From the human T2T-CHM13v2.0 reference genome, Homo sapiens, in assembly GCF_009914755.1 (NCBI RefSeq), contig NC_060947.1: a DNA stretch of 64,000 nt; one strand, given 5' to 3'. Each line of letters begins with the position of its first letter. The first letter of the stretch is position 1. The position numbers and the translations under genes are program-made. This document shows, in pieces, positions 1-14,630 of the stretch. The notes beneath the pieces are model-generated. The model did no database searches. It was not told where the DNA came from and worked only from the letters and a program-made list of their open reading frames with translations.

Positions 1-360
1 TGAGTTAGATTTCATAGTTTGTATCTTTCCAGGATTATGTTAATTTAATCTAAGTTATCTAATTATTAGTATATAATTTCTCATAGTATTCTTTTGTAAG
101 CCTTATGATTTCTGAAAGATCAGTAGTAATGTCTGTCTGCTCTTTCATTTCTGACTTTATTAAATTGAGTATTTCTTACTTTTTTCTTGGTTAATTTAGC
201 TAAAATTATATTCATTTTCTTGAAGCTTTCAAAGAATAAACTTTTGTTTCTATTGATTTTATTTATTACTTTTCTAGTTTCATTAATTTCTACTCTAATC
301 ATTATCATTCCTTCTGCTTACTTTAGGTTTAGTACGGACTTCTTTTTCCAGTGTCTTAAG
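1..360 (-). mobile_element. Old L1M ORF2 fragment
   Basis: Minus translation resembles the ORF2 linker (INKINRNKSLFFE...LAKLTKKK...); probably the same element as 4772-8600. Confidence 0.8.
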
Positions 361-816
361 GTATTCACTAACGGTGCTTGCAGCTGCAGTGTTTACCCCA
401 TTTTCCATGAAAAATTTTGCTTTGCTTTTATTATTATTTTTGCATTGCTCTAGTATATCAACTTTGGAAACAAAAGACATCATTCTATTTGTATCATTCT
501 GTTTTTAAAATATATTAATTCTCGATCGCTAAAAATGTCAAATCCTAGAAAATTGTAACATTCCTATGCCTGATTTTAGCATTGTTCTTGAACAGTTGTT
601 GGCCAAAGATTCATTTGATAGATCCAGTTTTTCTGAAATAGATGATTCTGAAGATTCAGATGATTCTGATGTTAGTTCTGTTTAGAAATAACTCCAATAA
701 TAGTTTTTATATTTTATTTTCACATTGCAAATCAGTCAGGTTTGCTTCAGCCTCAAAAAGCATTTTTGTGTAAAATTAAATGATCTCTGGCAGTGAGCTA
801 CACTTTTTTATTCTAA
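361..816 (+). mobile_element. MER75 piggyBac MITE (PGBD4-related), both termini missing
   Basis: Matches recalled MER75 body; ATG at 535 gives MSNPRK, then frameshifted LEQLLAKDSFDRSSFSEIDDS like the PGBD4 N-terminus; TTAA at 817-820. Confidence 0.9.
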
Positions 817-3800
817 TTAAGTCCAATATTTTTGTTGTTAATTTTCTGTCTAGGAAATCTGTTCAATCCTGAAAGTGAACTAATTAAGCTTCCAGCTATT
901 ATTGTATTGAGGTCTGTCTCTCTCTTTAGCTCTAATAATATGAGCTTTATATATCTTTGTGCTCCAGTGTTGAGAGCATATATATTTGCTATAATTATAT
1001 CCTGTTGTTGACCGCTTTATCATTATATAATGACCTTCTTTGTCTCTTCTTACAGTTTTTGCCTTGAAATGTATTTTGTCTGACGTAAATTTGGCTATTC
1101 CTGCTCGTTTTATGTTTTCCGTTTCCACGGAGTGTTTTTTTTTTCCATCCATTTATTTTCAGTATATGTTTATCTTTATAGGTAAAATGTGATTCTTGTA
1201 TGCAAAAGGTCACTGGGTCTTGTTTTTTAATCGATTCACACATTCTATGTTGTTTCGTTGAAGAGTTGAGTACATTTACATTCAATGTTATTATTGATGA
1301 GTAGAGACTTACTCTTGCCATTTTGCTAATATTTTTCTGGTTGTTTTGTGTTCTTCCCTTCTTTTCTTTCTTCCTTTCTGTCTTCCTTTTAGTGAAGATG
1401 ACTTTCTCTGGTGATATGATTTAGTTTCTTGCTTTTTTATTTTTTGTGTCTCCATTGTATGTCTTTTGGTCTGAGGTTACCATGAGGCTTGGAAATACTA
1501 TCTTATAACCCAGTATTTTAATCTGATAACAACTTAACACTGTTTGCATAAACAAACAAAAACAAGCAAAAAGAAAACTGATAGAAACTCTATGCGTTAA
1601 CTTCATCCCCCTACTTTTTAACATTTTATTGTTTCCATTTATATCTTGTTGTATTGACTATGTCTTGAGAAGTTTTTGTAGTTATTATTTCCAATTGCTT
1701 CATTGTTTAGTCTTTCCATTAAGGATAAGACTAGTTTACACGTCACAGTTACAGTGTTATAACATTCTTTGTTTTTCTGTGTACTTATTATTAGCAGTGA
1801 GTGTTGTACCTTCAGAGGATTTCTTCTTGCTCATTAACATTCTTTTCTTTCAGATTAAAGAACTCCCTTTAGCATTTCTTATAGAACAGATCTGGTGTTG
1901 ATTAAATCCCTCAGCAACTGATTGTCTTCATTTCTCTTTTATGCTTGAAGGATATTTTTTCCAGATACACTATTCTCAAGTAAAAACTTTTTTCCTTCTT
2001 TACTTTAAATACATCATGCCACTCTCCCTCGGCATGTAAGATTTCCACTAAAAAGTCTACTGCCAGATGGATCGGAGCTTCGTTTTATGTTATTTATTTA
2101 TTTTCTCTTGCTGCTTTTAGGATCGCTTATTTATCCTTGATCTTTTGGAGTTTGATCATTAAATGACTTGAGGTAGTTTTTTAGGGGTTTAAATCTGCTT
2201 TGTGTTCTATTACTTTCTTGTACTTGGATGTTGACATCTTTCTCCAGGATTAGGAAAGTTTCTGATACTATCCTTTTGAATAAATTTTCTACCCCTATCT
2301 CTTTCTCTCCCTTCGCTTTAAGGCCAATAACTCAGATTTGCCCTTTTGAGGCTATTTCCTAGATCCTGTACGCATGCTTCACTGTTTTATTTTTTTTCTT
2401 TATTCTTTTGTCTCCTCTGACAGTGTATTACAAATAGCCTGTCTTCAAGCTCACTCATTATTTCTTCTGCTTAATGAATTCTGCTATTAAGAGACTCTGA
2501 TGGATTCTTCAGCATGGCAATCAGAATTTTCCACTCTAGGATTGCCGTTTGATTTTTTTAAATTATATTTCTTTTTAAAATTTATCTGATAGAATTCTGA
2601 ATTTCTTCTCTGTGTTATCTTGAATTTCTTTAATTTTCCTCAACTCAGCTATTTTTAATTCTCTGCCTGAAAAGTTACATTCTCTGTTTCTCCAGATTTG
2701 GCCCCTAGTGCCTTATTTAGTTCAGAAGGTGAGGTCATGATTTCCTAGATGGTCTTGATACTTACAAATGTTTGTCAGTGTCTGGGCATTGAAGAATTAG
2801 GTATTTGTTTTAGTCTTCAAATTTGGGCTTGTTTGTGCCCATTCTTCTCGAGAAATATTTCCCGGTATTAAAAAGGACTTGGGCCTCAAGCCCAATATTG
2901 CTGTGGTTTTTTCAGACTCATAGAGGTACTGCCTTGGTGGTCTTGGAAAAGATCCAGAAGAATTCTCTGAGTTTCCAAGCAAAGACTCTTGTTCTTTTCT
3001 CTTATTTTCTCCCAAACAAACGGAGTATCTTTCTCTCTACTGAGCTGCCTGGAACTGTGCTTGTAGTGATGGAAACTCCTCCTTTCACCATTACCACTGG
3101 GACTGCACTAAGTCAGACCTGCAGCCAGCGGAACACTGGGTCTCACCCAAGGCCCACTGTAACCACTACTTAGCTAACACCTATGTTCACTCAAGGCTCT
3201 ATGATCAGCAGGTGGTGAAGCCAGCCAGGTTTGTGCTTTTCCCTTCAGGGTAGTGAGTTCCTCCAGGCCTCATCTCTGGCTAGTCCAGAGATGTTTTCTG
3301 GAAGCCAGGAATTGGAGTCAAAAACCTTAGATATTTGCCTGATGTTCTATTTTACTTTGGCTAGGCTGGCACTCAAACCACAATACAAAGTCCTTTCTCC
3401 TCTTCCCTCCTTTTCCAGAGGCAGAGGAGTCTCTTCCTGTGGCCACCCCAACCACTGGCTAACAGAAGGGTTCTGCCAGGCTACAACAAATGTTCACTTA
3501 AAGCCCTAAGGCTCTTTAGTCAGCTTATGATTTGCTCGTGATTGCTGCCAGGCCTGGAACTCATAGTTTAGAGCAAGGGGCTCTCCTCTACCCAGGGAAC
3601 ATCCAAAATTTCTGTCTAATGGCTCAGGCTTGAACTCAGGGACCCCAAGCACCTTCTTGTTGCTGCTCTACCTTACTGTGGCTGAGCTGGTACCTAAGGT
3701 GTAAGACAAAGACCCCTTTACATTTCCTTCTGCTCTTCTCAAATGGAAAGAGTCTTTCACCACAGCCACCATGGGCAGAAATGTGCTAGGTCATACCCGT

Positions 3801-4770
3801 AGTGACCATGTATGAGAGCCCAAGGCCTATGACATTCTATCTGAGTATCACTGCTAGTTATTCAGGGCCCAAGGGCTCCTTAGTCAGCAGGTGATTAATC
3901 CTGTCAGGACCAGGTTCTTCCATTCAGGGCAGTGGGTTCTCTTCTGGCCCAGGCTGTGTTTAGAAATGTTGTTTGGGAGCTGGGACCTGGAATGGGGGCT
4001 TCATGAGTCTACTTGATTTTCTATGCTACTGCGATTGAGCTGGTATCCAAGATACAAGACATAATCCTCTTTACACTTCAATGTCCTCTCCTTAAGCAGA
4101 AGAAAGGAGTCACTTTCGTTGCTGTGAATCACACTGTCTGGAGTTGGAGGAGGGGTGGCACAAGCTCTCCCTTAGCTAACCCAACTAGTGTCTCCATAGT
4201 CATGTTTCACCCTAGTCCCCAGGCTCTAAGTCCAGGCAGGCACTAGAAGTCGCCTAGGAATTACAGTCCCTCCGGCCTAGACTGTCTTTCAAGTTTACAT
4301 AGTACCCCAGAGCACTTTGACCTGCAATGGCATGGCTTACTAAGGGACTCAAGTTCCAACCACTGGGATAGGCAATTCCCCTCTGGCTAAGTCTGGTCCA
4401 CATGCTCCCTCTGTATGTGGGTGCTGCCCGAGCCCAACATGGCTTTGCTCTCCTCTGTGACAGGGCAGCACTGAGTTCTATGTAAAGTCCCCCATTTGTT
4501 GCGCTCTCTGTCCTCTGCATACACAGACTGACTCTCTCCACTGAGTAGCCACTACTGGAAGATGGAGACAGGTGGTGTTGGTGATTCACGATGGTCTTTC
4601 CTACCATCTTTAATGCCTCTTCTAGTGATATGAAGTGAAAACCAAGTACAGTGATTGCTCATCTGATTTTTTGTTTTTGTGATGGTGCTTTCTGCGTGAA
4701 GATACTTGTTAACATTTGGTGTTCTTGTTGGGGGATGAATAGTGTGGGCTTCTATTCACCATCTTGCTCC
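817..4770 (-). mobile_element. L1MA-class 5' half (5'UTR, decayed ORF1, spacer, endonuclease start)
   Basis: GGAGCAAGATGG (YY1-type) 5' end at 4759-4770; ORF2 start MARVSLYSSIITLNVN at 1321; DKEGHYIMIK endonuclease motif. Confidence 0.9.
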
Positions 4771-5320
4771 ATCTATATTAAAAGTGGGATACTAAAGTCT
4801 TCAAATATTATTATTGTTTATTTCTTCTTTTTATTCTCTCAGCTTTTGCATCCTGTATTATGTTGCTATACCATTTGATACAGGTATATAATTATGTCAA
4901 TTATGTCTTGCTAATTTATTAATTTATTACAAAATGTTGCTCTTCATGTCTAGCCACATTTTTCTTTTAAAGTTAATCCTACCTGATATTAGTGTAGCTA
5001 TGCCAACTTTTTTGTGATTTCTTTTCATATTATATGCAATTTTCCATTCTTTTACTTTCAATTTGTATATTTCTTAAGCACATATAGTAGATCGCATATA
5101 GTACGGTAGTGTTTTTTTTTAATATTTATTTTTATCCAGGTTGATAATTTATGCCATTTGATTAGATTATTTGATCCCTTAACACTTACTGTTATTATTG
5201 ATATAGTTGTATCTACGTCTGCCATTTTATTGTTTTACACATCTCATTTCTATTTCATTCATTTTGTCCATCTACTAATCTCATTATTTATGGTTTTCTT
5301 TTGAATTAAATGAATATTTT

Positions 5321-5640
5321 CTTTTTTCTTTTTTTTATTGAGACAGGGTCTCACTCTGTCACTTACAGTGGAGTGCAGTGCCATGGCAATGGCTCACCTC
5401 AGCCTCAAACTGCTGGGCTCAAGTGATCCTTCTGTCTCAGCTTCCAAGGTAGCTGGGACTAAACGAGTATGTCACCATGCCTGGCTAATTTATTATTAGT
5501 AGTAGTATTATTATTAGTAGTAGTAGAAATGGCATTTCACTATGTTTCTCAGGCTGGCCTCTCACTCTTGACCTCCAGCAATCCTCCCACCTCAGCATCC
5601 CAAAGTGCTAAGATTACAGCATGAGCCATTGCACCTGGCC
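5321..5640 (-). mobile_element. AluJ
   Basis: Dimeric Alu with J-type positions; linker expanded to TAT/TAG repeats; TSD aatta(a/c)atgaatatttt. Confidence 0.9.
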
Positions 5641-6015
5641 AAATTACATGAATATTTTATAATGTAGCATTTCAATTTCTCTCATAATATTTTTACTATA
5701 TTTTACTTATTTTCATGTTGACTGTGCTAGACCTTACCATATACATTTTAACTTATCTGAATAACCTTCAAATTTTTACAAATTTAATTTCAGTGAGCTA
5801 TAGAAACATTATACCTATGTAGCTTTATTTTCTTTTTCCCTCTTTTTTGAGGTAATATTGTTATGTATAATACATTGTTAATGTTACAAACCCAACAACA
5901 CATTACTTTATTTATAATTTTAAGCAATTTTATGTCTTTTAAAAATGCTCAGTGAAGAAGAGCAAGCACATATTTATAGCTTCTCTTACTTTATCTTTTA
6001 TAAAAATCGTTTCTT

Positions 6016-6054
6016 TGTGTGTGTGTGTGTGTGTGTGTATGTGTGTGTGTGTGT
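6016..6054. repeat. (TG)n microsatellite
   Basis: Direct reading, one interruption. Confidence 0.95.
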
Positions 6055-8689
6055 TCCTGTGAATTTGAATTAACAACTGTAGTCATTTTCTTAGCAGAAT
6101 ATAACTTTGCTCTCACCCACTTCATTTATGCTGCTATTGGTAAATATATTGCATTTCTACTTGTTACAGGCCAAATAATACCTCATATACATAATGTGTG
6201 TAGAATGACTTTTTAAGTTTGTTAAGAGAAGAAAGGGAAAGAAATATGCATGTACACTTTTTTTTATAAATATATAATACCTAACCACCTTTGCCAGTGT
6301 TCTTTGTTTTGTGTGTGCATGAATTTGCATGATGGCCTACTGTCACTTGCTTTTAGCCTGAAGAATTTCCTATGGCATATGTTGTAACGTGAATCTACTA
6401 TCAACAAATTCAATTTTTTCTTATCTAGGAATGTCTTTATTTTACCTTTATTTTTTGAAATGTAGCTTTGTTGGATATAAGATTGTTGACTGACAGGTTT
6501 TTCTTTGTGTACTCTGAATATGTTGTCTCACTGCCTTCTAGTTTCTGAAGAAAAGTCACTTAATATTATTGACATTCTCTTGTAAGTGAAGAGTCATATT
6601 TCTCTTGTTGCTTTTGAAGATTTGATTCATGTCTTTGGCTTTCTGTATTTTGACTATAATATGTATGTAGATCTCTTCGCATTTATTCTACTTGGAGTTT
6701 GTTGAGCTTCCTGGATGTGTAGATTAATGATTTTCAATAAAACTGGAAATTTTTAAATTCTTATTTCTTTAAATGTTTTTCTTATTCTTTCTCTTCTCTT
6801 TTTTGTAATCCTACTATGTGTATATTTCACACTTCTCTAATTATTTTATTCACTGTTTAATTCAGATTTCTTTTAGTTCTATGGATTACACAATCTATAT
6901 TAATCTATTTTCAAGTTTATTAATTCTTCATTCTTCCAGTTCATATATTTTGCTTAGCTCCTCTAGTCAAATTTTCAAATTAGTTATTTTATACTTTTTA
7001 ACTGTGAAATTTCTATTTTGTTCTTTTTGATAATTTATATCTGTTTATTAATATTCTCTATTTGAGGTGGATTGTCATATTACCTTTCTTGTTTAATGAT
7101 GGTTTTCTTTAGGGCTTTGAACATATTTATAATGGCTACTTTGAAGTATTTTTCCATTATATCTGACATCTGGGCACTCTAACAGGAAGGTATTTTTTGT
7201 CTGCCTTTTTTTTTCAGTATATGGGTCACACTTTTCTGTTTCTCTACCTGTCTTATTATTTTTGTAGAAACCGGATCTTTTAGATTGTATATTCTAGCAA
7301 TTCTTGACCAGTACTAAGAATTCTTCTTCTCTAGAAGAGGGATCTTCCAGAGGAGATTCTTCTCTGAATATTCTTCTTATTTCATTCTTTGATTACTCAG
7401 TTACTACCTGGATTACGTTAGTAAAGTTTATTTTCCTCCTACAATGTGAAGCTATAATGTTCTTTCTGGGAACAGACCTGGGTATGTAAACAGTCATCCT
7501 GGAATGTCAATGGTTTTGTCAGGGCTTTCATTGAATGACTCTTTTCCTATCCACATCCAGTTTTTAATCTCCACAAATTGTAAACTAATTGTTCTACTGT
7601 TTTCAATAATGTCTTGAAATACAATTTTTAACACAAGGGGATCCAACCAAATTTTGGTTCTATTAAAAAGATAGTTCCAAAAATTACTTTTTAAGATTTG
7701 TTCTGACCTGAGGAAGGATCCAAGTTCTATCATTCCCTGCTTCTCTTGTCAAACTACCTGGTCTACACTCTATCTTGTATTACAAATGAGTCATAAATCT
7801 CCTCTCAATTGCCTTTCACAACTTCTACTGTTTGAAAGTGTCTTTCTTAGGTTTAACATTTTTTTTATACTCTGTTGCAAATAAAATTAGCTGCTTTTGG
7901 AAGATATTAGGAGATTTCAACAGGATTCTTTCCCCAAGCAAAATCTCTGAGCCAGGGCTCTGAAGCTGGGGTTTGGGGGAGACAATCATGCTCTTTTCTT
8001 TTAGTAATACCTCAGGTTTGGAGTTGAACATTCAATGAAGAACGAAGAAGCAGATTCACGTCTCTAGGCTTGCCTCTCCTAGCTTGGCAATATCACTTTA
8101 CAAGCCCTAAGAGTGGTGATTGGGGCCCCAGTGTTCTCAGTCTCACTGCTACCAAAATAGTGCCTACATCCCATTAATGGCAGCTGAGCAGAGAAAGGGA
8201 GGCTTATCTGTCACTCGGAACTTTACCTCAGAAAGAGGTAGCTCTTGCCAGGATGAGAAATGTTGACATCTTACCCCTATCATGAAAATAGCCCGCTGAC
8301 TTGGAGCTGGCCAGGAGAGAGAGTCTTGTGTTCTTGGATACACCACCTAATGTGGAGTTTCTATGTTACTGAGCTGAGAATGGGGAGGGAAGGTGCAGGT
8401 CTTGGTTCATATACCACAGATTCTCAATATTCTTACCAGGTTTAGTAGATTTTCTTGATAAAATGTTTTTCAATTACTGCATGCCTTTAGGACAATTTTC
8501 TGAAACATTAAATTGTTATATTTTCACAGTTTTACTACTTTAGCTAGAGAGTAGGTCCATAGAGTTTCTCATACTATCTCACCTGAATTGGAAACTAGAT
8601 TTTTATCTTTACTAAACAGTATTATACCTTGAATATGATTTTATTTTATTCTTTCATCAATATTTTCTGGTGATGGCTCCATATCAGTA

Positions 8690-9690
8690 GCAATAGATTT
8701 TCATTTTTTTACTCAGTCTTCTATTAATAGACATTTGAGTTGCCTTTTTTTATTAAAAACAATATAATATACAGTACAGTGTATATATCATTTGTTATTG
8801 TTTACCAAGGTATATTAGGAATAGATTCCTAAAGTTTGTATTAGTGGATTCAAAGGTATATATATATGCACATTTTCTAGATAAACATTTCACAATTCTA
8901 CTCCATAGGCCTTACAAATTTTCATTCTCACTATCAGTGTTTGAGGTGCCTGACAGCTGTGAGAAAAATTTGCTGTCAGAATTTCTTGTTTTTGTCAAAC
9001 TGATAGTTGAAAAATGGTATACCTATGTAGCTTAATTTGCATTTATTAATATCTAATTTTGAATGATGTTAAGTATTTTATAATTTGCCACTCTTTTCTG
9101 TGAGATATCTGTTCATATCTTCTCCATATTTTTCTCTAAGGTTTTTGGCCTGTGTATGCCTTTCTAGATTTAAAAGCTCTGTGGCAGTGACATTACAAGA
9201 TTAACATTCTTAATGTAATATTAGCATATAACTTTGTCACAAGTTATAGTTTGTCCTTTTACTTTGCTTACTATGTTTTTATTACAACACAAAATAATTT
9301 TTAGGTAATCAAATTCATTAATATTTTCACCTTAGCTTCTGAAAATTTAAACAGCACTGGGCAATTTATCCCTTAATCCAAATTATAAATTATTATATCA
9401 TTTTATTTTTTACATTTAACTTTGTGCTCCATTTGGAATTTGATGTATAGTTTGAGAAATTGATCCAATTTTATATTTTTCCTATGAAGCTGTCTAGGTA
9501 TCACACCACTTATTGCAATGCCCATCATTTCCTCACTATATTGAGTTGCTGCCTTTTTTGTATGCAAAATTGTCATAAGTACTTTGTCTATTTCTGGATT
9601 TTCTAGTATGTTCCAGTAGTGTTTCCCTATATTGATGTGTTTATCCTGTATTGTTTTAGTAATAGTGCTTCATAGTATATTATGATAACT
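8690..9690 (-). mobile_element. L1ME-class 3' fragment
   Basis: Degenerate L1 3' end and ORF2 C-terminal motifs. Confidence 0.6.
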
Positions 9691-10011
9691 TCTGCAAAAC
9701 CATTTTGAGCTTTCTATTTGTTTTAGCTGACCAGACAATAAGACCATAAGAATATATCACTGCCACTATTTTGATGGCATCTTACTTAATTTCAAGTAAA
9801 GATCTAAAAATAAACAAAACTTTTTTTATATTTCGTATAAACTGAAGTGTGTTGTTACAATACATATCAAAATATTTACTGTCTTTTTAATATTATTTTG
9901 GCTGATTACATATTCAAATCTTCCTGTGTGATAACATTTATTTGTATCCTCCTCAAAGCTCATTAATAAATTTTAAACATTGTAAGAATACACTAGAATA
10001 TAAAGAGTTGA

Positions 10012-10365
<354 letters not shown>

Positions 10366-10374
10366 TTAAGATAT

Positions 10375-10520
10375 TTTTATTGTGAGTAACAAATTAAACC
10401 TCATTGATTTGAGCAAAATAAAATGGAAATTTTGTTAGCGATAAAAAATTTTATTATGGAGCACAGGAATTGGAAATAAGACATTACAAGGGATTGGAAT
10501 CCTAAAGAGAATCCAGGAAT
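10375..10520 (-). mobile_element. Ancient MLT1K/L-like LTR, left piece
   Basis: Weak similarity to old MaLR LTR end; continues at 14293. Confidence 0.4.
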
Positions 10521-10677
10521 TGTTTTAAATAATTAATTGAGGTGACATTCTCATAAATAACATTAGCCCTTTTAATGTGAACAGTGAAGTGGCAGTTAGT
10601 ATATTCACAATTTTGTGTTACCACTACCTCTATCTACTTATAAAATGTTTTTCATGTTGCAAAGTGAAAATATCCAC

Positions 10678-11007
10678 TGTTTTAATCCATTTGGGCTACT
10701 ATAACAACATATTTCAAACTGGATAATTTACAAACAACAGAAGACTGGAAGTCCAAGATCCAGGTGCCAGCGGACTTAGTGTCTGGTGAGGGTTTGCTCT
10801 CTGCCTCAAAGATGGTTCCTTCTTGTTGCATCTTCACATGGCAGAAGGAGAGGAGAACTCCTTCAAGCCTCTTTTATAAAGGCACTAATTCCATCCATCA
10901 AGGAAAAGCCTTCATAACCTATTCAGCTCCCAAAAGAAGTATTTCTTAAGATTATTACATTGTAAATTTAGGTTTCAATATATCTTCAACACACTAAGAC
11001 CACAGCA
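10678..11007 (-). mobile_element. MSTC/MSTD-type MaLR solo LTR
   Basis: TG...CA ends and MST motifs; splits the L1MB 3'UTR. Confidence 0.8.
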
Positions 11008-11807
11008 CCCATTAAGCAGTCTTTCCCCAATCCCCATTCACCTAGCCTTTGACAACCAACAATATGCATTCTATCTCTGTAAATTCACTTATACTGAATA
11101 ATTTATATAAATATAATTATACATGTGTGTCTTTTGTGTGTAGCCTCTTTCACTTAGCATAATGCATTGAAGGTTCATCCACATTGTAGCATACAGGATA
11201 ATTCATTGCTTTTTCTGACTGAATAATATTCCATAATGTGTCTATGTCACAACTTATTTATCCATTAATCTTTTTATGTGTATATAGGATTGTTTTCTAT
11301 TTTGACTGTTGTAACTAGCACTCCTATGAGCATACATGTACTTATTTGAGCACTTGTGTTCAATTATATATGCCCAGTAGTAGAATTGTGGGGTCATATT
11401 GTAATTCTATGTTTAATGATTTTTAGAACTGTCATGCACTCTTCTGTAGTAGCTACGTCATTTTAAATTTCCACCATTAATGTGCAAGGTTACAATTTTT
11501 CCATATTTTTGCCACCATGTGTTATTTTATGTTTCTTTTTTATATTTTTAACATAGCCATTCTAGTGGGTAAGAAATGATACTTCATAGAGGCTTTAATT
11601 GGCTTCTCCTTAATGACTAATAATATTGAGGAAATTTTCATGTGCTTACTGGCCATTTTGTATATCTTCTTTGGATAAATGTTCAATTCCTTTACTTATT
11701 TTTAATTGGGTTGTCTTCCTGTTATTGAATTGTAATTTTTAATATGTACTTGAAATTATACCCTTATTACATAAATGATTTGCAAACATTTTTCTCCCAT
11801 AATGTAG

Positions 11808-12123
<316 letters not shown>

Positions 12124-14292
12124 TGTACTTCTTTGATACGATTTTATGGAAAAAAATTTTGTTGTAGATAAATATGTCTATTTTTTTCTTTGTTGAGCTT
12201 TTTTGTGTCATATCTAAACATTAATTGCCAAATCCAAGATTAAAAAGATGTATACCTATGTTATTTTCTACAAGTTTTACAGATTTAGTTTTTATGTTTA
12301 GGTTGTTGATCCATTTTGACTTAACTTTTGTATGTGGTATGAGGTAGAGGTCCATTTTATTCTTTTGAATCTGGATATCCAGTTGTCCTAGCACTATTTG
12401 TTGAAGAAACTGCTTTTTCTCCATTTAATAGGTCACACCTTGTTAAAAACAAATTGGCTGTAAATGTATGGGTTTATTTCTATTCTCTCAGTTTTATGCC
12501 ATTGGCCTACATGTCTATGTTTATGCCAGTGCCACACTATTTTAACTAATCTATATCTGTAGTAAGTTTTAAAATCAGAAACTGTGACCACCAAGTTTTT
12601 TTTAAATAGTTTTGGCTACTCTGTGTCTCTAATAATGTCATATGAATTTGAAGATATAATTTTCCATTTCAGCAAAAGAGACTGAAATTTTTATAGGAAT
12701 TGTATTGAATTTGTAGTTAGCTTGATATCTGTATTGATATCTTAACAATATTAATGCTTTTTTATTTATTTAAATCTTCTTAATTCCTTTCAATAACATT
12801 TTGTAGTTTACAGCATAAAAGTTTTTCATCTTGTTGGTTAAATTTAATCCTAGATATTTTCTTCTTTGAGATGCCATTGTAAACAGAATTATTCACTTTA
12901 ACTGATTTTCATATTTTTCGTTGCCTATGTATAGAAACATAATTGATATTTGAGTATTGATTCTGTATCCTATAATCTTGCTGAATTTGTCTATTAGCTC
13001 TAGTAGTTTTTCAATGTTTATTTTGATGATTTTTTGTATATAGAACCAAGCTATCTTCTATTAAAGAGAATTTTATTTTTTCTTTTTTGTTTTTGAATGT
13101 CTTTTCTATCTTTATCTAGAGCTAGAATTCCCAGTAAATAAATAAAGAACAGTGGCAATCATTGACATCCTTGTCTTATTCCTGATCTGAGAAAGAAAAC
13201 TTTCACCCTTTCATCAATATTTAGTTTAATGTTAATTGTGGAGTTTTCATATAATCACCATTAATATGTTGAAAAGTTTTCCTTCTACTCCTAGTTTTTT
13301 TGTGTTTTTATCATGCACACATTTCGAATTTTGCCCAATTTTTTTTCTGCATCAATTGAACTGATTATGTCGTTTTTTTTTTTGCAATTTTTCCATTAAT
13401 GTGGTGCATTACATTGATTGTTTTCTTATGTTTAGCCATCCTTGCATTCCTGGGACAAACCCTACTTGATCTTGCTGTGTAATCTTAATAGGTAATTGAA
13501 CTTGGCTTTCTAGTATTGTGTTGAAGATTTCTGCATCAAAATTCATAAATAATATTGGTTTGTAGTTTCCTTTTCTTGTAGTGTCTTTGTCTGACTTTGG
13601 TATCAAGTAATGTTGGCCTTACAGAATATGTGAAAAAGTTTTCTGTCCTCTTATTTTTTGAAAGTTTGAGAAAGTTTGAGAAACAGCTGTTAGCGCTTTC
13701 TTTAACTGTTTGGCAAAATTCACCAGTTAAGCCATCTGGCTCTGTCTTGTATTTGTTGTGAGGTTTTTTTTCTTATTTAATCTCTATTTTGTTATAGGTC
13801 AGCTCATATGTTTTATTTTTTCTTCAGTCTTTTTTAGCAATTTGTGTGTTTCTCAGAATTTCTCCATTTATTCTGTTATCTAATTTAAAAGTATATACTT
13901 TATCACAGAATTCTCTTATTATTTTTATTTCTGTAAAGTCAGTAGTTATGACCCCATTTTCGTTTTCAGATTTATTTATTTGCATCTTCTCTCTTTTTCC
14001 TTTGCAATTTCACTTCAAATTTTGCATTTCATTTATCTTTTCAAAGAACCAGATTTTGGTGTCATAGTATTTAGTTGTGGGCCATGGACAACTAAAAATG
14101 CCACAAAGCTTTCCTAGCATTTTTAAGTTACTTTTTTCTTAATTCAGCATTTGTTTGGCTGCTGCAACCTTTTGACTATTTTCCAGAGCCCTGATATAAT
14201 TGGTTCTGACATTTTTTTCCTTGTTTTTCCATGGTTTTGTGGAGCAATAAATGTTTGAGCTGCCTTTTCCATCATTTTGCTGACATCACTCT

Positions 14293-14630
14293 CCAGGTGT
14301 TTTGTGCTTGTAGTTTGAGTCTACTTATCTCTGCATGTTTGCTTCATTTTTCTTTCTTTGATTTACATGGCAGAACATGATTTCCAACAGCTCCTGCCTT
14401 TCAGCTGTATGGATACTGACTGAGCTCAGTTCAAGTTACAATATTCTTGATAAAGAAAGTGTAATTTCTGCAGTTTTGGTCAAATTATCTCACCTGAACC
14501 AGCCAACTATTGTCAGGAACAAGGCCATATTATCCTCAAAGAGGCTCACATAATAACCATGCAAATTGGTTGTACAAGTGAATGCAGAAAAAGGAGTTTT
14601 CTTAAAAATAACAAGCAGATGTTTCATACC
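14293..14630 (-). mobile_element. Ancient MLT1K/L-like LTR, right piece
   Basis: Degenerate MaLR motifs ending cagatgtttcatac. Confidence 0.4.

Larger units (their letters stand above)
4772..8600 (-). mobile_element. Older L1M (L1MC/MD/ME class) 5' portion
   Basis: Highly decayed endonuclease, ORF1 and 5'UTR-like sequence; interrupted by an AluJ and (TG)n. Confidence 0.7.
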
